DNA of 37,835 bases from Candidatus Omnitrophota bacterium (GTDB lineage Bacteria > Omnitrophota > Gorgyraeia > Duberdicusellales > 4484-171): NCBI GenBank assembly GCA_023819525.1, contig JAMWCT010000001.1, forward strand, positions 1 through 37,835, in the 5' to 3' direction. Below the pieces are notes generated by a model that saw nothing but the letters and a program-made list of their open reading frames with translations, made no database searches and had not been told where the DNA came from. Below, piece by piece: positions 22,666 to 29,800 of the stretch (the stretch's first letter is position 1; each line of letters begins with the position of its first letter). A program made the translations under genes and the position numbers.

Positions 22666-23025
22666 ATGAACAAAGAAATTATTCTTATTGGAGATAAGGT
22701 GTTAATTGAGCCAGATGAAGGCGAAGGGAAAACAGATGCAGGACTTTATCTACCTCAAAATGTAAAAGAAAAAGAAAAAATTCAGAGTGGTAAGATTATA
22801 AAAACCGGTCCAGGATACCCCGTGCCTGATCCCAGTATACTTGATCAAGAACCGTGGGTTAAAAATTCAAAAAGCAAATATTTCCCTTTACAGGCTAAAG
22901 AAGGAGATTATTGCATTTTTCTAAAAGATCAGGCAGTTGAGATTGAATTTGAAAAAAAGCATTACGTTGTCATTCCGCACTCAAGCATTCTTTTGCTTAT
23001 ACGCGATAAGGAACTGACATTTTAA
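22666..23025 (+). CDS. GroES/Cpn10-fold protein with an internal insertion (no groEL adjacent)
   Basis: ILIGDKVLIEPDEGEGKTDAGLYLPQNVKEKEKIQSGKIIKTGPG matches the GroES N-terminal pattern. An insertion of about 20 aa (YPVPDPSILDQEPWVKNSKSKY) precedes the EGDYCIF strand. Confidence 0.6.
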   Translation: MNKEIILIGDKVLIEPDEGEGKTDAGLYLPQNVKEKEKIQSGKIIKTGPGYPVPDPSILDQEPWVKNSKSKYFPLQAKEGDYCIFLKDQAVEIEFEKKHYVVIPHSSILLLIRDKELTF

Positions 23026-23043
23026 ATTTTTTACATTATCCAG

Positions 23044-24951
23044 ATGCTTACCATACACGAACTTTCTAAATCCTACGGTGATAAAATTCTTTTTGACAAT
23101 ATAAATTTATCTATAAATAAAGGTGAAAAAATAGGTTTTATTGGTCCAAATGGTGCAGGTAAATCTACTCTTTTTTCTCTGATTGTAAAAGAAATAGAAA
23201 ATCCTTCTGGACAAATTCTTTTTAGAAAAAATCTTCGCATAGGCCATCTTCCCCAAGAGACTTATTTTTCTTCTTCTACAACAGTAATAAGAGAAGTGAT
23301 TGAAGAAAATGAGATTTTTAAAAAATTATTAGAAGAAAAAGAAAAACTTGAACTGGAAGAAAGTATAGCCACAACTAAATATGCCCAAATAATTAGTAAA
23401 TTAGAAGAGGTAGGGTATTTTGTAATAGAGCATAAAGCAAAAAAAATCTTGGCTGGTTTGGGTTTTAAAGAAACTGATTTTTTTAAAATTGTTAATCAAT
23501 TAAGTAGTGGCTTTAGGATGCGAGTATTGTTAGCAAAATTGCTTTTAAATGAATATGATATTTTATTATTAGATGAGCCAACAAATTATTTAGATTTAAA
23601 TGCTACCCTTTGGCTTAAAGATTTCCTAAAGGGATTTAAAGGAACTTATATAATAATCTCACATGATAGGGATTTTCTTGATGAGGTCACTAATATTACT
23701 TTAATTTTAGAAGATGCTAAACTTATAAAATTTAAAGGAAATTACCAGCAATATTTAAAAATTCGTGCAGAACGTAAAAATTACCTTTTGCGACAGGCAA
23801 ATGAACAGGAAAAAAAGATAAAACAATTACAAAGATTTATTGAAAGATTTTCTGCCCATCCAAATAAAGCTTCACAAGTAAGAGCAAAAAAAAGACTTCT
23901 TGAAAAAATAAAACCCATTGTTGTCCCACAAGATATAAAAGAAAGCATTAAAAACTTTGAGTTTCTTAAACCAAAAAGAAGTGGTTATGTCGTTTTAGAG
24001 CTTAAAGGTGTTTCTAAATCTTATCAAAACAATCTTGTCTATAAAAATTTGAACTTCGAGGTTCTAAGAGGAGAGAAAGCTGTTTTAGTAGGAGAGAATG
24101 GTGCTGGTAAATCTACTCTTTTAAAAATTCTTGCAGGTGTCACTGATATAGATGAAGGAAAACGTATTGTTGGCTACAATGTCAGTATAGGTTATTTTTC
24201 TCAAAGCCATCAAGAGAATTTAAATCCTAATAATACAGTGCTTGAGGAGATTACGCTAAACGGCTTGGTTTCGGAGCAGTTAGCAAGAAATATACTTGGT
24301 ATTTTTTTCTTTAGAGGAAATGATGTATATAAAAAAATAAGTGTACTTTCTGGTGGTGAAAAGAGTAGACTTGTTTTAGCAAAGTTACTTATAAATCCTC
24401 CAAATTTATTACTCCTTGATGAACCAACAACTCACTTAGATATAGATGCAACAGATGCATTAATTAAAGCCTTACAAAACTATGAAGGAACTATTGTGTT
24501 TATTAGTCATAACATTTATTTTATTAGGTCAATTGCAAATGTTGTATATTATGTAAATCTGCCTTTAGATTATCCAAACCTCGAACGCATAAAAAAAATA
24601 GCTGGAAATTTTGATTATTTTTTACAAAAAAAAGAGCAATTGATCAACAAGTCAAAAATTATTTATGATAAAGAAAGTGCGCGGCCTATAGATAGAAATT
24701 TTTCTTTTAATTTAAAAGATTTAACCACTGATGCTAAAAAAGATATAGATGTAGCAAAAAAAATTAGTAAGTTAAGAAGAGAGAAAGAAAAATTAGAAAG
24801 CAAAAGATATGTAAAAAAACGCATTTTGTCTAATCCATACACTACGCATAACAAAGAAATATTAAAATTATACGAAGAGGAACTTAAAAAAATAGAAAAT
24901 AGAATTTTAGCAATAGAAGAGGAAATCAAAAGACTTAAGCACCTAAAGTAA
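23044..24951 (+). CDS. ABC-F family ATPase (tandem ABC domains, no TMD; translation-factor type)
   Basis: Walker A GPNGAGKST and GENGAGKST, signatures LSSGFRMR and LSGGEKSR, Walker B LLLDEPTN and LLLDEPTT, and a charged coiled-coil C-terminus. Confidence 0.9.
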   Translation: MLTIHELSKSYGDKILFDNINLSINKGEKIGFIGPNGAGKSTLFSLIVKEIENPSGQILFRKNLRIGHLPQETYFSSSTTVIREVIEENEIFKKLLEEKEKLELEESIATTKYAQIISKLEEVGYFVIEHKAKKILAGLGFKETDFFKIVNQLSSGFRMRVLLAKLLLNEYDILLLDEPTNYLDLNATLWLKDFLKGFKGTYIIISHDRDFLDEVTNITLILEDAKLIKFKGNYQQYLKIRAERKNYLLRQANEQEKKIKQLQRFIERFSAHPNKASQVRAKKRLLEKIKPIVVPQDIKESIKNFEFLKPKRSGYVVLELKGVSKSYQNNLVYKNLNFEVLRGEKAVLVGENGAGKSTLLKILAGVTDIDEGKRIVGYNVSIGYFSQSHQENLNPNNTVLEEITLNGLVSEQLARNILGIFFFRGNDVYKKISVLSGGEKSRLVLAKLLINPPNLLLLDEPTTHLDIDATDALIKALQNYEGTIVFISHNIYFIRSIANVVYYVNLPLDYPNLERIKKIAGNFDYFLQKKEQLINKSKIIYDKESARPIDRNFSFNLKDLTTDAKKDIDVAKKISKLRREKEKLESKRYVKKRILSNPYTTHNKEILKLYEEELKKIENRILAIEEEIKRLKHLK

Positions 24952-24989
24952 AGAAGAGGGAATGGAGGAGACATCGTACTTCCCTTTGG

Positions 24990-25340
24990 CCGAAAAGCTA
25001 AATTTTTTATTAAGTAAAGTATCTAAATCAACTGTTGGCAACATAAGTGCTTCTTCTGGTAAGTTTGGTTGTTTTTCTTTAGCTTGCAGCCAATGTGTCT
25101 TATGTAGGAATTAGGTCTTTTCCATAAAATCTCTTCTATCAGAGAATTCTTCTATTTCATAGAATTCCAATTCTATCAAATTATGCATAGTTTCAATTTA
25201 GACCGGAATCTGTGAGCACCTGCAGGAATAGTTTGATGTAATAGACCAGTCTTCTCTAAAGCTTCAGTGTAAGCAGAAGGTTACTTATTAAATCAAGAAT
25301 CACAATATTTTAAAACCTTCATTAGTCTGGCGTTTACCTT
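24990..25340 (-). pseudogene. Degraded C-terminal remnant of a DDE/rve-type (IS481/IS3-like) transposase
   Basis: Minus-strand hand translation gives PSAYTEALEKTGLLHQTIPAGAHRFRS (25280-25201). After a frameshift it gives ETMHNLIELEFYEIEEFSDRRDFMEKT*FLHKTHWLQAKEKQPNLPEEAL. This resembles the ...GI.H..TRP..PQTNGK.ERFH.TLKEEFY....F.S.EEL...L..W...YN..RPH..L..KTP.E tail of rve integrases. Stops and frameshifts are present, there is no N-terminal catalytic part, and the stretch is visibly more GC-rich than its flanks. Confidence 0.5.
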
Positions 25341-25366
25341 TTTCCGTACTTAATTTTTCTTTCTAC

Positions 25367-25396
25367 TTGACAATAAAATGCAAACTAAAGTATAAT
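25367..25396 (+). promoter_or_regulatory. Consensus sigma70 promoter TTGACA-N18-TATAAT heading the 13-gene accessory operon
   Basis: TTGACA at 25367-25372 and TATAAT at 25391-25396, both perfect hexamers. The first ATG (25406) starts 10 nt after the -10 and has no Shine-Dalgarno sequence. Confidence 0.55.
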
Positions 25397-25405
25397 GATT
25401 TCTGT

Positions 25406-26254
25406 ATGTATGAATTATACTGGAATTTAAAAGAGAAACCTTTCGAAAATACGCCTGATCCAAAATATATTTACTATTCTTCTTTGCATAAAGAAGCAAT
25501 CTCAAGACTTCTATATGCGGTGAGAGAAAGAAAAGGTGCTGCACTTTTAACAGGAGAGTATGGCAGTGGCAAGACCTTATTAAGTAGAATTCTTTTAGAA
25601 GAATTAGCCCAAGAACATATTTATCAGTATGTAGTTATTTTTAATCCAAGATTAGATGCGACAGATTTGTTGCGGACAATACTTATACAGTTATCAGAGC
25701 AAAACCAGTCAACTTCTAAAGCAGAAATACTTTCATCTTTATACAATATATTTTATTCTATTTATCGCTCAAATAGGCACACGGTAATAGTTATAGACGA
25801 AGCTCAAGCAATTATAAATGAGGAAGTTTTTGAAGAGTTAAGATTATTATTAAATTTTCAATTAAATAATGCATTTTTGCTTACTTTAGTTATTTTAGGC
25901 CAACCTGAATTAAAAGTAAAAATTGCAAAATTACCACAATTACTTCAGCGACTTTCTATACGCTATCATTTAAATGCCTTAAATGAAGTAGAGACAAAAG
26001 AGTACATTTTACATAGACTTTCAGTTGCAGGCGCAACAATACAGCCTTTCACCGAAGATGCCTTTAAAGATATCTATTTTTTTTCAGCCGGTATTCCAAG
26101 ACAAATTAATACTATATGCGATTTAGCATTACTTGTTGGTTATGGAGAGAATTTAAAGGAAATTACTAGAGATGTAATTTTAAAAGTGGCTGAAGATATA
26201 AAACCAACACCATCTTTATTAGAAAAACAGCAGGGTTTATATTTTGGAAAATAA
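25406..26254 (+). CDS. ExeA/GspA-like AAA ATPase (COG3267 type)
   Basis: MYELYWNLKEKPFENTPDPKYIYYSSLHKEAISRLLYAV matches the family N-terminus. Walker A GEYGSGKT, Walker B VIVIDEAQ, then LVILGQPEL and GIPRQINTICD. The start is set at ATG 25406. The track's TTG at 25367 is the -35 hexamer. Confidence 0.8.
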   Translation: MYELYWNLKEKPFENTPDPKYIYYSSLHKEAISRLLYAVRERKGAALLTGEYGSGKTLLSRILLEELAQEHIYQYVVIFNPRLDATDLLRTILIQLSEQNQSTSKAEILSSLYNIFYSIYRSNRHTVIVIDEAQAIINEEVFEELRLLLNFQLNNAFLLTLVILGQPELKVKIAKLPQLLQRLSIRYHLNALNEVETKEYILHRLSVAGATIQPFTEDAFKDIYFFSAGIPRQINTICDLALLVGYGENLKEITRDVILKVAEDIKPTPSLLEKQQGLYFGK

Positions 26255-26258
26255 ATAT

Positions 26259-27266
26259 ATGATTAAAATTTCCGATATTTTTGATAAACATAAAAAAAAT
26301 AAAATTGAAAACAAAGAAAAAGCAAAAGACTTAATTTCTAAAACAACCGATGCACCTGTCTCTTATTCTGAAGGCGATCAAGAAAGTGTTTCTTTGCAAG
26401 TAATTAATATAACTACCAACCTGATAGATTTAGCGCTTAAAATTTACAAACCGAATGCCCTTAATTTAGATTTAATAAATAAATTAAAAAACTGTATCAA
26501 TATGCTTGTAGAATTTAAAAATTTGGAAGATGATTTTTTAAAAGTATTTTTTAAAGACTATCCAGAAGACTCTACCTATTTAGTCTATCATATAGCAAAT
26601 ACTTCTATTTTAAGTTTAGAAGTCGCTAAAACTTTAAAGTATGATAACGAAAGGCTTTTTTATTTAGGTTTAGGAGCTTTTTTGCATAAAATAGGTTTAA
26701 CTACAATTTTAGACATAACCTTAGAAGATTCTCAATTAGAGCAAGCAAAAAGTGAAAAAATAAAGACACATCCTTTGGTGGGCAGTAAAATTTTAAAAGA
26801 ATTTGAAAAAGAATTTGATTCAACTACAATTAAAATTGTTGAGCAGAGTTTTGAAAGGATAGATAAAAGCGGTTATCCTTTAGGGATAGATGAACCAATA
26901 CCAGAAGCTCAAATAGTAAATATTGTCCAAGTATATGAGAGTTTGGTTCATAAAAGAAATTATCGGGAAAAATTTAATCCACTTAAAGCAATGAAAATAA
27001 TTATAGAAGATAAAGGTTTTGTGAATAATAAAATAAAAAAGGCATTAATTGAAAGGGTTGGTTTTTATCCACCAAATACACTCGTACTTCTTAATACAAA
27101 AGAAGAAGCAATTGTAATAGCAACAAATTTTAAAAATCCTTTAAGGCCGATAGTAAAAAAAATATCTACTCAAAATAAGATCCAAATTACAGAGCCAAAG
27201 ATTATTAATTTAGCCAAAGATACCCATTTTTATATTGAGAAAATTTTAACTCAAAATGGCCAATAA
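26259..27266 (+). CDS. Degenerate HD-GYP-like domain protein
   Basis: GAFLHKIG (HD replaced by HK), KTHPLVGSKIL, SFERIDKSGYPLGI (HHE replaced by SFE, GYP retained), IVNIVQVYESLVHKRNY (the DxxD position reads QxxE). The start is set at ATG 26259. The track start at 26244 is TTG. Confidence 0.6.
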   Translation: MIKISDIFDKHKKNKIENKEKAKDLISKTTDAPVSYSEGDQESVSLQVINITTNLIDLALKIYKPNALNLDLINKLKNCINMLVEFKNLEDDFLKVFFKDYPEDSTYLVYHIANTSILSLEVAKTLKYDNERLFYLGLGAFLHKIGLTTILDITLEDSQLEQAKSEKIKTHPLVGSKILKEFEKEFDSTTIKIVEQSFERIDKSGYPLGIDEPIPEAQIVNIVQVYESLVHKRNYREKFNPLKAMKIIIEDKGFVNNKIKKALIERVGFYPPNTLVLLNTKEEAIVIATNFKNPLRPIVKKISTQNKIQITEPKIINLAKDTHFYIEKILTQNGQ

Positions 27267-28962
27267 AAAGGTTTTTTTTGTTTCAATAAGTATTCTTTTT
27301 TTAGTTTTTGTTATCTCATATTATTTAACCACACTTATCTATAAAGAAAAATTTGATTCAGATTTTTTGCAATATTCTAAATATTTTGAAAAGACTACCA
27401 GAGAAAACGACGCGCTTAATTTAGCGAAAAAAATATTTGAAAGTGCACAATTTAAAATAAATGTTTTACAGGATAAAATATATCAATTAGAGAAAAAAAA
27501 TAAAAGTCTAATTCAAGAGATAAAAGATAAACAAAAAGAAATAGAAAAAATCAATCAAAATAAATCATTAGCGGAGAAAGAACTTAATCAGCTCTTAAAA
27601 GATAAAGTTTTAATAGATCAAGAGATTAAGAAACTAAAAGAAAAATTAACCAATTATGAAATAGATAATAGAAGATTGGCTGAAGAGAATTTAGTTCTAA
27701 AAGAGGAAATTGAAAAATTTCAAAATGAAAATTCAGCTTTAAATAAAACTGTAAATTTGCTAAAAGAAAATATAAATAATAAAGAGGCTGTAGAAAAAAA
27801 ACTTAAAGAAAGAGTTGTTTACTTAAACAATCTTTTGTTAGAAAAAGACAATTTAATAACTACAAAGAATGCTCAAATAAATAATCTTAATACAGTAAAA
27901 GTAAATTACGAAGAAAAAATAAATGAATTAATAGAAGAAAACTCTAATTTAAAAAAATCACTTTTGTCTTTACAGGAAGAATTATCTACAAAAAAATTAG
28001 AATTAACCGAATTATTAAAGCAAAAATATATGCAAAAACAGCAAAATTTAAAAATGCAGGAAACGATTAATTCTATATCAGCCACACTAAGCGAAAAAGA
28101 TCAAATGTTGCAAGCTACAGAAAGCGAAAATGAAGCTTTAAAAAGCACGGTTAAAAAACAAATTAAAGAATTTCAGGATTTGCAAAAACTTTATAATAAA
28201 GTTTCAACTGAGTATAATATATTAAATGATAAGTTAAAAAATTTAGAAGAAGAAAAAAACCAACTTCAAAGTCAATATTTAAACTATAAACTTGAAACAC
28301 AAAAACAACTAGAGGAAACTACCGCCAAATTGCTATCTACACAAAGAGAATTAAACAATTTAAAAAATGAATTAGAGAACCAAAAGCAACTTAATCTAAC
28401 AACAAATAATCAATTGTTACAGTTTACAGAAGAGATAAAAGAAAAAGAGGCAAGAATAGGAGAGCTTCAAAATCAAAAAACTTCCTTAGAAGAAGAAAAA
28501 TACACGCTTAATGATAAAATGAAAGACATACAAAACAAATATAATCAACTTTTGGTAAACCACAATAGTCTACAAGAAAAATTTTCTAATTTGCAAAAAA
28601 ATTTTGAAGAAATTAAAGTCGAAAAAGAAGCGCAGATAAATAAATTAATTGAGGAAGCCAAATTACTTAAGCAAGAAGTTTCTTTAAAAGAAAAAGCAGT
28701 TTCCAATTTAAAGGAACAATTTGAGCATTTAAACCAAAAATATATAGTAGTTTCCAAAGAAAATTTAGATTTAAACTCGCAAAATTATCAATTAAGGCAA
28801 CAGATAGATGAGTTAAATGTAAAAATAGATAATATTTTAAAAGATAAGGAGAAAACCATTAAAATAAAACAACAATTAAGTCCAAAAGTTACCAAAAAAA
28901 CTAAAGTAGAAGAGTTAAAAAATAAAGTTGAGGAAAAATTAAGAGAAATTATAGCTTTTTAG
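27256..28962 (+). CDS. Membrane-anchored long coiled-coil protein
   Basis: One N-terminal TM helix (VFFVSISILFLVFVISYYLTTLIY), then about 520 aa of E/K/L/N/Q-rich heptad-like sequence. No enzymatic motif is present. Confidence 0.6.
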   Translation: MANKKVFFVSISILFLVFVISYYLTTLIYKEKFDSDFLQYSKYFEKTTRENDALNLAKKIFESAQFKINVLQDKIYQLEKKNKSLIQEIKDKQKEIEKINQNKSLAEKELNQLLKDKVLIDQEIKKLKEKLTNYEIDNRRLAEENLVLKEEIEKFQNENSALNKTVNLLKENINNKEAVEKKLKERVVYLNNLLLEKDNLITTKNAQINNLNTVKVNYEEKINELIEENSNLKKSLLSLQEELSTKKLELTELLKQKYMQKQQNLKMQETINSISATLSEKDQMLQATESENEALKSTVKKQIKEFQDLQKLYNKVSTEYNILNDKLKNLEEEKNQLQSQYLNYKLETQKQLEETTAKLLSTQRELNNLKNELENQKQLNLTTNNQLLQFTEEIKEKEARIGELQNQKTSLEEEKYTLNDKMKDIQNKYNQLLVNHNSLQEKFSNLQKNFEEIKVEKEAQINKLIEEAKLLKQEVSLKEKAVSNLKEQFEHLNQKYIVVSKENLDLNSQNYQLRQQIDELNVKIDNILKDKEKTIKIKQQLSPKVTKKTKVEELKNKVEEKLREIIAF

Positions 28963-28965
28963 ATT

Positions 28966-29793
28966 ATGTTTTGGATAAATTTTTTGTTATTTTTTTTCTT
29001 TTTTCTACATCCTGCCTTCTCAGAAAACCTTATAGAAAAAATAAAAATAACATACAAAAAAGCAAATTATTATTATCAGCGTGGCGAATACCAAAAAGCT
29101 GAGAAAGAATATCTGGAAACTTTAAGGCTTATCGATGAATATAAGATTAACCTAAAAGATAAAAATCAGGCAAGCAGTAAAAAAGAAAAAACAACCTTAT
29201 ATACTATTGGCGAAGGCGATATTTTATATATTTCTGTCTGGCAAAATGAAGATTTAAATCAAGAGATAATTGTAAGACCAGATGGATATGCATCTTTTCC
29301 TTTAATTGGAGATTTAAAGATATCTGGTTTAACAATACCTCAATTAGACAAACTACTTACCGAAAAATTGAAAGAATATATACGTAGACCAGAAGTTTCA
29401 ATAACTTTGAGAAAAATTGGAGGAAGCAGGGTTGTTTTATTAGGTGAAGTTACTTGGCCAGGGGTATACCATGTTGATGGAACAAAGACGGTTTTAGAAT
29501 TAATCGGAATGGCCGGGGATTTTACTCTTGACGCGGTAAAATCAAGTGTGATTTTAATAAGAGGTGGATTTTTAAATCCAGAAGTTAGACGACTAAATAT
29601 AGCAAATGTATTAAAAGGAGACCTAACTGATAATGTTGTGCTTCAATCAGAAGATATAGTCTTTGTTCCAAAAACCTTTATTTCAAACCTAAACTATGTT
29701 ATAAATCAGATCCTTGAGCCGCTTTCAGGTGGTAGTATGGTTTATTCAAAATGGCATTCCTTTGACCGTCTGCCAAGAGAAAAAAAGCCTTGA
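28966..29793 (+). CDS. Polysaccharide-export (Wza-like Poly_export + SLBB) periplasmic/outer-membrane protein
   Basis: Signal peptide MFWINFLLFFFFFLHPAFS. YTIGEGDILYISVWQNEDLNQEIIVRPDGYASFPLIGDLKISGLTIPQLDKLL (Poly_export), then VVLLGEVTWPGVYHVDGTKTVLELIGMAGDFT (SLBB). There is no lipobox Cys. Confidence 0.78.
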   Translation: MFWINFLLFFFFFLHPAFSENLIEKIKITYKKANYYYQRGEYQKAEKEYLETLRLIDEYKINLKDKNQASSKKEKTTLYTIGEGDILYISVWQNEDLNQEIIVRPDGYASFPLIGDLKISGLTIPQLDKLLTEKLKEYIRRPEVSITLRKIGGSRVVLLGEVTWPGVYHVDGTKTVLELIGMAGDFTLDAVKSSVILIRGGFLNPEVRRLNIANVLKGDLTDNVVLQSEDIVFVPKTFISNLNYVINQILEPLSGGSMVYSKWHSFDRLPREKKP

Positions 29794-29800
29794 AAATAAA

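Noticed and set aside
25367-25405. TTG at 25367 as the start of the ExeA-like gene.
   Set aside because: The TTG is the first triplet of a perfect TTGACA -35 hexamer that pairs with TATAAT 18 nt downstream. ExeA-family proteins typically start at the MY..F/W..L...PF motif encoded from 25406.
25406-29793. A straightforward exopolysaccharide or PEP-CTERM/exosortase locus.
   Set aside because: No glycosyltransferase, Wzx/Wzy, priming transferase, tyrosine kinase or exosortase gene is present anywhere in the window. Only the ExeA-like and Wza-like components fit, so the resemblance is kept as a hypothesis in the findings rather than an annotation.
29714-29800. A 29-codon N-terminal extension of the B12-rSAM gene.
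   Set aside because: It overlaps the Wza-like gene's 3' end by 80 nt. The ATG at 29801 gives MFKVLLCIPP…, the usual start of the B12-binding Rossmann strand, 7 nt after the upstream stop.
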